Source: Pseudomonadales bacterium
GTDB lineage: Bacteria > Pseudomonadota > Gammaproteobacteria > Pseudomonadales > GM7GCV1
Assembly (NCBI GenBank): GCA_965661125.1
Contig: CBFICI010000005.1
Span: 42,305 to 106,304 of the forward strand
Direction of reading: 5' to 3'
Length of the DNA stretch: 64,000 nt
The notes below the pieces were generated by a model. The model was given only the letters and a program-made list of their open reading frames with translations, ran no database searches and was not told where the DNA came from. Position 1 is the stretch's first letter. Each line of letters opens with the position of its first letter. Position numbers and translations under genes: made by a program. This document shows positions 10,812-18,732 of the stretch, piece after piece.

Positions 10812-11318
10812 GCCACCAGCATCTGACCCCTGTCGGGGTCAGACACTTCCAGAGGCCACCAGCATCTGACCCCTGTCGGGGTCAGACACTTCCCGCGGTT
10901 AAGTGTCAGACTCCCCGCGCAGCGGGGGTCTGATGCTGAATAGAGCACCATGCCGCCAGCATCTGACCCCTGTCGGGGTCAGACACTTCCAGAGGCCACC
11001 AGCATCTGACCCCTGCCGGGGTCAGACACTTCCCGCGGTTAAGTGTCAGACTCCCCGCGCAGCGGGGGTCTGATGCTGAATAGAGCATCACGCCACCAGC
11101 ATCTGACCCCTGTTCGGGGTCAGACACTTCCCCGCGGTTAAGTGTCAGACTCCCCGCGCAGCGGGGGTCTGATGCTGAATAAAGCATCACGCCACCAGCA
11201 TCTGACCCTTTTCAGGGTCAGACACTTCCAAGAGGCCACCAGCATCTGACCCCTGCCGGGGTCAGACACTTCCCGCGGTTAAGTGTCAGACTCCCCGCGG
11301 AGCGGGGGTCTGATGCTG
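10812..11318. repeat. Mosaic array of REP-like hairpin repeats, locus 2
   Basis: Unit A at 10812, 10855, 10952, 10995, 11092, 11191, 11235. Inverted unit B at 10901, 11041, 11140, 11281. Arrangement AAB-AAB-AB-AAB, ~140-bp period; degenerate tail to ~11352. Confidence 0.95.
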
Positions 11319-11430
11319 AATAAAGCACTTCCGTCGGTGGGGGCAGATACTTTCAGCGGGTCATTCCAGACATTGTTCGCAAACGCAACCTTCGCTGCGC
11401 TAGAATGGCCACTTTTTCCGGGCACCTCTT

Positions 11431-12870
11431 TTGACTCAGGCAGAAACCGACGCGTATTACCACAATAACCGGGCAGCGCAGCGCATTGCTCTGATCGTGG
11501 TGTGTCTGGGTTCTTTCCTCAATCCGCTTATTTTGTCTTCGGTGCATGTGGCTGTGCCCACCATCGCCAACGAGTTCCAGGCCGATGCGGTTCTGGTGAG
11601 CTGGGTGCCTACCGCGTTCTTGCTGACCACGGTGGTTTTGATGCTGCCTTTTGGCAAGCTGGCCGATATTCAGGGGCGCAAGAAAACCTACCTTCGCGGC
11701 ATCACCATTTTGTGTCTGGCTTCGCTGCTTGCCGCCGCTTCGCAGAATATCTGGTGGCTAATTGGTTGCCGTGTGCTGCAGGGCGTTGGCGCTGCACAGG
11801 TGTTTGGCACCGGCATGGCCATTATTACCGCGGTGTTCCCGCGGGAGCAGCGCGGTGGGGCATTGGGCTATGTGGCGGCCTCTGTCTATGTGGGGCTGTT
11901 TTCCGGCCCATTGGTAGGCGGCTTTTTCACCGAGCATTTCGGCTGGCGCAGCATATTTTTGTTTCAGCTGCCGCTCAGTATTCTGGTGATTGCGCTCACG
12001 CTGTGGAAGCTGAAGGGCGACTGGAAAGCCGAAGTGAAGCCTACCTTCGACGTAACCGGCGCGCTGGTTTTTGCAGGCTGGGCAATTTCCGTGTTGCTGG
12101 GGCTTTCAGCAATGCCCAGCTGGGGCGGGGCGGCTACCCTGTTGCTGTCGTTGGCCTTTGGGTGGCTGTTTCTTTACCACCAGAATCGGGTTGAGCAACC
12201 CCTGGTTCAGGTACAGGCCATTCGCGCCAACCGGGTGTTTTCCTTCTCCCTGATATCTTCCTTTTTGCTCTATTCGGCCACTTTCCCGGTAACCTTCCTG
12301 CTGAGCCTCTACCTTCAGTACATCAAGGGTGTTCCGCCCGGGCTGGCAGGGCAATTGCTGGTTGTGCAGGCGGTAATTATGGCCATTCTGGCGCCCTTCA
12401 CCGGCAAACTGTCTGATCGCTACGAACCGCGTTTGCTGACTACTTTTGGCAGCCTTTCTATTGCCACGGGTTTCGGTATATTGTTGGGGCTGGGGTACGA
12501 CACTCCCAACTATATGGTGCCGCTATCGCAGGTGTTTATCGGCATTGGTTTTGGTTTTTTCTCCACGCCCAACAATAATGCGGCTATGAGCAGCCTGCGC
12601 CGGGCAGGCCTGAGCATGGCATCGGCAACGGTAAACCTGAGCAGAACCCTGGGCAACATGATTGGCATGGGTATTGTGATGATGATTATTGCCATCATGA
12701 TGAATGATGAACCCATTACACCCGCAAATTACGACAGTTTGCTCAGCTCGATTCGCCTGGCCCTCAGCCTTTCATTCGGCTATGCGCTGGTGGCCGCCTG
12801 GTTTTGTTATGCGCGTGGCAATATGCGCGATTCATTGGAACCAGAACCGGAACCCGGCACTCAGAGCTGA
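11431..12870 (+). CDS. MFS transporter, DHA2 (14-TM) type
   Basis: Motif A GKLADIQGRK, RVLQGVG, GPLVGG, GWRSIF, second-half GKLSDR. Confidence 0.9.
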   Translation: MTQAETDAYYHNNRAAQRIALIVVCLGSFLNPLILSSVHVAVPTIANEFQADAVLVSWVPTAFLLTTVVLMLPFGKLADIQGRKKTYLRGITILCLASLLAAASQNIWWLIGCRVLQGVGAAQVFGTGMAIITAVFPREQRGGALGYVAASVYVGLFSGPLVGGFFTEHFGWRSIFLFQLPLSILVIALTLWKLKGDWKAEVKPTFDVTGALVFAGWAISVLLGLSAMPSWGGAATLLLSLAFGWLFLYHQNRVEQPLVQVQAIRANRVFSFSLISSFLLYSATFPVTFLLSLYLQYIKGVPPGLAGQLLVVQAVIMAILAPFTGKLSDRYEPRLLTTFGSLSIATGFGILLGLGYDTPNYMVPLSQVFIGIGFGFFSTPNNNAAMSSLRRAGLSMASATVNLSRTLGNMIGMGIVMMIIAIMMNDEPITPANYDSLLSSIRLALSLSFGYALVAAWFCYARGNMRDSLEPEPEPGTQS

Positions 12871-13388
12871 TCCTGCCAGGGCCGGTTGTTGTCCGACTCA
12901 TCCCATTGCATAACCCATTCCGGCGGCTTGGGCATTTCCGCTACCCCCAGCTGTGCGAATACCTGCTGTGGCGGCACCAGCCCCTGTTTTGAAGTGACGC
13001 CGGTTCGAAATAGCGCACCGGTGCACTGCTGGCCATTGCGGTAGATGCTTTGTTCAATGTAAACCCAGCGCTTGTCTACACCCACTACCCGCGTATGCAT
13101 CTGGAACTTTTGCCCCAGGGTAAGGCGCTTGCGATAGCGAATACTGCAGCCAGCTACCACCAGGCCGTACTTTTCCCGTCGAATCAAATCAACCAGGCCG
13201 GTGCGCACCCCCATGTCCCAGCGGGCCAGTTCCATCAGGGTGAGGTATTTGGCGTTGTTGAGTTCGGCATAGACATCCAGATCGGTCAGCCATACCGATT
13301 GGGTTAACACGCAGGTGTCCAGAGGCTGAACCCTGGGGCGATGCTTGGCGGTTTGTAGCGTGAGAAACACGCGAAAGAAGGGATACAT
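12861..13388 (-). CDS. Acyl-CoA thioesterase (hotdog fold)
   Basis: DLDVYAELNNAKYLTLMELARWD, IRYRK.L. Confidence 0.85.
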   Translation of the reverse strand: MYPFFRVFLTLQTAKHRPRVQPLDTCVLTQSVWLTDLDVYAELNNAKYLTLMELARWDMGVRTGLVDLIRREKYGLVVAGCSIRYRKRLTLGQKFQMHTRVVGVDKRWVYIEQSIYRNGQQCTGALFRTGVTSKQGLVPPQQVFAQLGVAEMPKPPEWVMQWDESDNNRPWQDQL

Positions 13389-13480
13389 GCTTCACCCGAT
13401 CTGAAATTCAGAGAAAATCTAACACAGGGCGGAAGGGCTCTGCTTGCACAAATAGCAGCGTGACTGGCACAAATGTCGGC

Positions 13481-14329
13481 TCATGCGCCTGAGCCCGTCA
13501 GTTCGCCATTCTGATAGTCCTGAATTGCCTGCATCAGCTCGTCCTGGGTGTTCATCACGAATGGGCCGTACTGGGCAATGGGTTCGCGCAGAGGCACGCC
13601 GCCAATCAGCAGCAGGCGGGCGGGCTCGCCCGAAGCGGCTATTCTCAGTTGGTCGCCCTGGTCATAAATGCCCAGGGTTCGAGATTCCAGCTCTGTGGTG
13701 GATCCATCATAGGGATAAAGCATCAGCCGCTGTGCAGCGCTGCTCTCAAGGTTAAGGCTCTGTCCGGCGTTCAGGTGAATATCGGCTAGCAGGGGCTGGG
13801 TAGACAGGCCGTCAATGGGCCCAATGTACTCTTGACCATCCTGCTTCAGTTTGCCGGCAATCAGGCGTATCTCTGCTGCTTGCCCAATCTCTATTTGGGT
13901 CACCTGATTGGCGCGAATGTCCCGGTAGGCTGCCGGCTTCATTTTCTCTTTGGAGGGCAGGTTTAACCACAGCTGGAACCCATGCAGCAGGCCTTCGCTT
14001 TGCTCCGGCATTTCCGAGTGCACCACGCCCCGACCCGCTGTCATCCACTGCACATCACCCGGTTCGATCACGCCCTCGTTCCCCAGATGGTCGCGATGAC
14101 GCATGCGACCGGCCATCATCAGGGTGATGGTTTCGAAACCGCGATGTGGATGAGCGGGAAAGCCGCCGATGTAATTCGCGGCATCGTCGGATCGTATTTC
14201 ATCAAGCATCAGCCAGGGGTCCAGCCACTGATTGAAATGCGGCCCGGCAATGCGTTGTATCTTCACGCCGTCGCCGTCCTGACTGGGTTGAGAAGGCAGG
14301 CGAGCAACGAGCTGGCGATATGAGGTCAT
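13481..14329 (-). CDS. Pirin family protein
   Basis: GFPAHPHRGFETIT, GDVQWMTAGRGVVHSEMP, FQLWLNLP, YGPFVMNT. Confidence 0.95.
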   Translation of the reverse strand: MTSYRQLVARLPSQPSQDGDGVKIQRIAGPHFNQWLDPWLMLDEIRSDDAANYIGGFPAHPHRGFETITLMMAGRMRHRDHLGNEGVIEPGDVQWMTAGRGVVHSEMPEQSEGLLHGFQLWLNLPSKEKMKPAAYRDIRANQVTQIEIGQAAEIRLIAGKLKQDGQEYIGPIDGLSTQPLLADIHLNAGQSLNLESSAAQRLMLYPYDGSTTELESRTLGIYDQGDQLRIAASGEPARLLLIGGVPLREPIAQYGPFVMNTQDELMQAIQDYQNGELTGSGA

Positions 14330-14334
14330 GTGCT

Positions 14335-15276
14335 TTATCCGTCCAGTTGGTTGCGCCCGTGCGGGCTATGCAGATTTTGTTCTGGCCCCAGCGGCACAAT
14401 GCCCATGGGGTTAATCTGTTTGTGACTGCCATAGTAGTGCTCTTTGATCTGATCAAACTTTACACTTTGTGCAATGCCGGGTATTTGCCACAACTCGCGC
14501 ATATAGGCGAACAGGTTGGGGAAGTCTGAAAGGCGCTGCAGGTTGCACTTGAAGTGCCCGTGATAAACCGGGTCGAACCGAATTAGCGTGGTGAACAGGC
14601 GCCAGTCGGCTTCGGTCAAGCGCCCACCGGCAAGGTATCGGCGAGTGGCCAGAAGCTCTTCCAGCCAGCGCAACGACTCGAATAGTTCGCCCACTGCCTC
14701 TTCGTATACCTGCTGTTCGGTGGCGAAGCCGGCCTTGTAAACGCCATTGTTGACGCTGTGATAAACGCGCTCATTGATGCGGTCAATTTCAGCGCGAAGT
14801 TCCTGCGGATAATAATCTTCGCGGTTGCCCGTAAGGGCATCAAATGCCGAGTTGAACATGCGGATAATTTCAGCCGACTCGTTATTTACGATCTGGCCGG
14901 TTTTCTTGTCCCACAGCAGGGGCACCGTGACGCGACCCTCGTAGTCGGGCGCTGCCTTCAGGTACAGCTGATAAATAAAATCGGACCCGTATAGATGGTC
15001 CGGATGTTCGCGGCTAAATTCCCAGCCATTTTCGAGCATCAGCGGCGCAACGCTGGACACACTAATGTGCGGCTCCAGCCCCTTAAGATGACGAAATATC
15101 AGTGCGCGGTGCGCCCAGGGGCATGCCATGGAAACATAAAGGTGATAACGCCCGCTCTCGGCGGGAAATTCGTCGCTGCCCAATTCATGCCTGAAACGGC
15201 TTTCCTGTCGGTGAAACCGCCCGTCTTTCGAGTTATACCACTGGTCGACCCATTTGCCGTCTTGTAAAAGTCCCAT
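14335..15276 (-). CDS. yqjG: Glutathionyl-hydroquinone reductase (omega-like GST, YqjG family)
   Basis: GRYHLYVSMACPWAHR, RVTVPLLWDK, IVNNESAEII, NNGVYKAGFA, YHGHFKCN. Confidence 0.93.
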   Translation of the reverse strand: MGLLQDGKWVDQWYNSKDGRFHRQESRFRHELGSDEFPAESGRYHLYVSMACPWAHRALIFRHLKGLEPHISVSSVAPLMLENGWEFSREHPDHLYGSDFIYQLYLKAAPDYEGRVTVPLLWDKKTGQIVNNESAEIIRMFNSAFDALTGNREDYYPQELRAEIDRINERVYHSVNNGVYKAGFATEQQVYEEAVGELFESLRWLEELLATRRYLAGGRLTEADWRLFTTLIRFDPVYHGHFKCNLQRLSDFPNLFAYMRELWQIPGIAQSVKFDQIKEHYYGSHKQINPMGIVPLGPEQNLHSPHGRNQLDG

Positions 15277-15350
15277 TACTACTCCTGATTTGTTGAATCA
15301 GGGTAACGAGTTGCCGCCGCCGGAGTAACCGGATAAATTGGAATCAATAG

Positions 15351-15365
15351 TTCAAAAATACTGAA
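15351..15365. promoter_or_regulatory. Putative LysR recognition site
   Basis: TTCAAAAATACTGAA, a TTCA-N7-TGAA dyad containing T-N11-A, in the divergent yqjG/LysR intergenic region. Confidence 0.65.
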
Positions 15366-15376
15366 AGGTTAGACCC

Positions 15377-16276
15377 ATGAAAGAAGCGCCTCTATCCCTG
15401 GACGCGTTGCAGGTACTGGATGCGATTGAGCGGCGCGGTTCATTTGCGGCAGCTGCCGAGGAGCTTGACCGGGTACCTTCGGCAATCTCCTACAGTGTGC
15501 AAAAGTTGGAAGAAAACCTGGGTGTCACTCTATTTCAGCGAGTGGGCCGCAACTCCCGCCTGACCGCGGCCGGACGCTATTTGCTTGAGAATGGCAGACA
15601 ACTGCTGCAAACCGCACAGAGCCTGGGCCAGCAAACCCGCGAGGTGGCTACTGGTTGGGAACCACGCATTCGAGTTGCCCTGGACAGTGCCTACGACCCG
15701 CAGCCCTTTTTTGATGCCCTGGCTGAATTCAGCCGAAGCCATCCGGCAGTGGACTTCGATGTGCGTGAGGAAGTGATGAGTGGTGGCTGGGAGGTACTGG
15801 AAAGTGACCAGGTTGACCTGTTGGTAGGCGGCCAGGGGCCGGTGCCTTCACACCAGGGTTTTCGAGCCGAGGTGCTACCGGCCGTGGACATGCTGCTGGC
15901 CTTGCGGCCGGGTCATCCATTGCTGGATAACCCCGATTTGGCGACCGAGCAGGATCTTGCGCAGGAATCGCTTGTGGTGGTGCACGATTCGGCGCGCAAC
16001 CTGATTCCCCGGTCTACCCGTTTTGTGCCTGGACGAAAATACTGTTTCGTGCAGTCAATTCAGCACAAGCTGTGTGCGCAATTGGCGGGCGTAGGCGTAG
16101 GCTTTTTGCCCCGCGATATTGTGCAACCATGGCTCGAAAGCGGCGAGTTGGTGGAGAAACCCAGCGAAATGGCTGGCTCCGGCACCGACCATTTCCTTGC
16201 CTGGAAAACCACTAATCGGGGCAAGGGGCTAAAGGCATTGGTTCCGCTGGTTTGCAAGCATTACAGGCAGGATTGA
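15377..16276 (+). CDS. LysR-family regulator, YhaJ-like
   Basis: LQVLDAIERRGSFAAAAEELDRVPSAISYSVQKLEE, GWEPRIRVALD; divergent from yqjG-pirin. Confidence 0.92.
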   Translation: MKEAPLSLDALQVLDAIERRGSFAAAAEELDRVPSAISYSVQKLEENLGVTLFQRVGRNSRLTAAGRYLLENGRQLLQTAQSLGQQTREVATGWEPRIRVALDSAYDPQPFFDALAEFSRSHPAVDFDVREEVMSGGWEVLESDQVDLLVGGQGPVPSHQGFRAEVLPAVDMLLALRPGHPLLDNPDLATEQDLAQESLVVVHDSARNLIPRSTRFVPGRKYCFVQSIQHKLCAQLAGVGVGFLPRDIVQPWLESGELVEKPSEMAGSGTDHFLAWKTTNRGKGLKALVPLVCKHYRQD

Positions 16277-16360
16277 GCGGGTGATTTCAGGCTGGCGGAC
16301 GCTGAAGATTCTGCTAAAATGCTCCGCGTTAACCGAAGCCCCTCTGGAGAACCCAAGCAA

Positions 16361-16516
16361 ATGAGCGAAGTAGATATGGATCAGGATCAGATTCGTCAGG
16401 AAAATGAAAAAGCCGATGTAAAGGCTGCGTTTGCCGTGGTTGTTGTTGCGGTGTTGGGTGCTATCCATTTTGTCTACACCGGCGGCCTGCCGGCGTTTCT
16501 CAGCAACGTTTTCTGA
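16361..16516 (+). CDS. Small (51 aa) single-pass membrane protein
   Basis: GGAGA RBS, acidic N-terminus, hydrophobic AAFAVVVVAVLGAIHFVY; followed by a terminator. Confidence 0.65.
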   Translation: MSEVDMDQDQIRQENEKADVKAAFAVVVVAVLGAIHFVYTGGLPAFLSNVF

Positions 16517-16532
16517 CGGTTTTCTATTAGTG

Positions 16533-16561
16533 AAAAGGCGGCCAAAGTGGCCGCCTTTTTT
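16533..16561 (+). terminator. Rho-independent terminator
   Basis: AAAAGGCGGCCA-AAG-TGGCCGCCTTTTTT. Confidence 0.85.
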
Positions 16562-16698
16562 GTGTGCGCCGCGGTCCGAATGCAAGGGGCCTCAGCGGTG
16601 GGGTGAGGATACCCGCAGGGCGAGCTTCCGCGAAGACACCTCTCTCGCCGCTCTGGCTCTCTGAAATCGACTCATTTTTTATCAATATCGTTAAGCAA

Positions 16699-16950
16699 CT
16701 AGCTCAGATTGGCAATAGCCAGCTTCACCAGAGTCATCACCGTCGCAATAAAGAGCAGGGTGAAAATAATGCCGGATACTACGAATACCCAGATGTTGCC
16801 GTTGGCAAAGTCTTTTTCGCGGTTTTTGCTGGACTGCACACCAAGGGCACCGGCTAGCGTCGACTGGATGACGCGGCCAAGGGTAGGGCGGCCGATTTTG
16901 GTTTCAGAGGTTTCGGTCTGTTCAGCCTGTTGCATATCGAGGTCTTTCAT
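16699..16950 (-). CDS. DUF2970-family small membrane protein
   Basis: S.LAGALGVQSSKNREKDFANG followed by a TM helix. Confidence 0.8.
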   Translation of the reverse strand: MKDLDMQQAEQTETSETKIGRPTLGRVIQSTLAGALGVQSSKNREKDFANGNIWVFVVSGIIFTLLFIATVMTLVKLAIANLS

Positions 16951-17031
16951 ATATTAGAAAGTGCTAATTATATACCAAAAAGCCATAAATCGGCAGCAGT
17001 CGACATGAATTTGAGTCTGTCTCAGATATAC

Positions 17032-17057
17032 AAAGGGGGACTAAGAAGTCCCCCTTT
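17032..17057. terminator. Rho-independent terminator downstream of DoxX gene
   Basis: AAAGGGGGACT-AAGA-AGTCCCCCTTT. Confidence 0.75.
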
Positions 17058-17076
17058 GCCAAACACCAACAGCAAA

Positions 17077-17490
17077 TCAGGCTGAGGCGTTGCGCCCGTC
17101 CAGGCTGTATTTACCCGGTCCGGTAGTGGCCAGTACCAGCAGGCCACCGATCATGCAGATTTCCTTGAAGAAGGTGGTGTCGGCCGGCCAGAACTGGTCG
17201 GGGAAATGAAAGCCAAACGCGGTGATCAGAGTGAAAACCACCAGCAGCATAGCGCCCAGGCGAGTTTGGTACCCCAGAATTACCAGGCTGGCACCGCCAA
17301 GCTTCATCACAAGGGCAACCCAGGCCAGCAAAGCGGCCATCGGCCAGTCATTGCGCTCCAACATGCCCGCGGGTGGGCTCATGTTGATCAGCCAGTTAAG
17401 CCCGCCAAAGAAATAGACAAGCGCCAGACACACCCGCCCAATCAGCAAGCTGTAGTTGCAATTCTCCAGTACATCCAGTTTATTTAGCAT
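17077..17490 (-). CDS. DoxX family membrane protein
   Basis: LIGR.CLA..YF.GG, LG..TR.GA, T..FH, F.K.I...GGLL, GPG.YSLD. Confidence 0.88.
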   Translation of the reverse strand: MLNKLDVLENCNYSLLIGRVCLALVYFFGGLNWLINMSPPAGMLERNDWPMAALLAWVALVMKLGGASLVILGYQTRLGAMLLVVFTLITAFGFHFPDQFWPADTTFFKEICMIGGLLVLATTGPGKYSLDGRNASA

Positions 17491-17532
17491 TTTCTACCTT
17501 CCCCAACTAATTGATTATGTTGTAAAAATACA

Positions 17533-17555
17533 GCATGCACCAAAAATGTGCATGC
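17533..17555. promoter_or_regulatory. Palindromic operator-like site (NtrC-box-like) upstream of DoxX gene
   Basis: GCATGCAC-CAAAAAT-GTGCATGC contains TGCAC-N7-GTGCA. Confidence 0.45.
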
Positions 17556-17607
17556 AGGCATGGTAGGGCTGCTTTGCATGTAATGCAAACAGTATGCGCG
17601 CTACTGA

Positions 17608-18339
17608 TTAGCGGATGGCGATCAGGGATGCAAAATTGAAACACTGAAACCAGACGCCTACCTGGCTGAATCCGGCTTGCAGCAGTCGATCACGGTGGTT
17701 TTGCAGGCTCTCCGGAATCAGGACATCCTCCAGCGCCGAGCGTTTTTGAGCGATCTCCAGATCGCTGTAACCCATGGAGCGTTTGAACTGATAGTGAAGG
17801 TCGATCATCAGCGCATCGGTGGCGTCGTCCTGGTGGCGAAACTTTTCCGACAACAGAAGCGCGCCCCCAGGCAACAAGGCACTTGCGATGCGCTGCAGGA
17901 GGGGCAACCGGTGCTCAAGAGGCAGGAATTGCAGTGTGAAGTTCATTGCCACGAAGGAGCAGGGTTGCAAAGTGAGGTCTCGAATATCCTCGCATTGCAA
18001 CTCAATAGCCGAGCTGTCCAGATCCCAATTGCCAATACGCTGGCGAAGTTCATCGATCATTTCAGGGGAATTGTCTACCGCAAGCAAACGGCAGTTTTCA
18101 GGGAGGCCCCAGCTCAGCATGGCATGGCTGCTGGCTCCCAGGGAGCAGCCCAGATCGTAAACCAGGCTGTGCGATTGTGCATATTGGTGTGCCAGTTCTC
18201 CGGTCATGCCAACAATGGCGGCATAGCCGGGAACTGAACGCTCGATCATGTCCTCGAATACTGACACCACGCGGGAGTCGAAACGAAAAGACGAGATTTT
18301 CTCGTGGTGCTGGCGGTATATCTGGTCTTCGCCGCTCAT
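17608..18339 (-). CDS. cmoA: Carboxy-S-adenosyl-L-methionine synthase
   Basis: F.FD..V..VF.DMI.RSVPGY, YDLGCSLGA, NFTLQF, LSEK, GYS.LEIAQKR.ALE, WFQCFNF. Confidence 0.95.
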   Translation of the reverse strand: MSGEDQIYRQHHEKISSFRFDSRVVSVFEDMIERSVPGYAAIVGMTGELAHQYAQSHSLVYDLGCSLGASSHAMLSWGLPENCRLLAVDNSPEMIDELRQRIGNWDLDSSAIELQCEDIRDLTLQPCSFVAMNFTLQFLPLEHRLPLLQRIASALLPGGALLLSEKFRHQDDATDALMIDLHYQFKRSMGYSDLEIAQKRSALEDVLIPESLQNHRDRLLQAGFSQVGVWFQCFNFASLIAIR

Positions 18340-18725
18340 TCGCCCTTGTCCAGGTAGCGTTGCAATGCGCTGCGAGAACTGTCGCCAAGCGGTTCCTTGC
18401 TGCGTTGCTCGGTGTTGAATGTCACGCTAACGGCATGGGCATCGATACAGAGACTGCCGCCCTGGTGAACCTGTTGGCGGTAATGGATAGATGAATTACC
18501 CAGCTTTTGAACCCAGGTGGTTACCTGAACCGGCTGCCCGTATTCAATTTCTGCACGGTAGTCAGCCGACAGATGCGCAAGCACCGTGGCCTGCTGAATT
18601 TTTGCCTGTTGCCTGCACAGGTGCAGCCTACCCTCTTCCAGCCAGGGCATTACCGAGGTGTTGTTGATATGGCCGTTGCTGTCGGTCTCGCTGAGGCGCG
18701 GCTGTATCTGCAGTTGGTCCTTCAT
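18336..18725 (-). CDS. Acyl-CoA thioesterase (4HBT family)
   Basis: PRLSETDSNGHINNT...W.E.GR. Confidence 0.85.
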   Translation of the reverse strand: MKDQLQIQPRLSETDSNGHINNTSVMPWLEEGRLHLCRQQAKIQQATVLAHLSADYRAEIEYGQPVQVTTWVQKLGNSSIHYRQQVHQGGSLCIDAHAVSVTFNTEQRSKEPLGDSSRSALQRYLDKGE

Positions 18726-18732
18726 GCCCTGA

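Noticed and set aside
10812-11318. CRISPR array or integron attC array
   Set aside because: No unique spacers or cassette ORFs between units, no GTTRRRY core arrangement, and no integrase or cas gene.
13464-13480. Sigma54 promoter (CTGGCAC)
   Set aside because: No TTGC at the -12 position and no plus-strand gene downstream.
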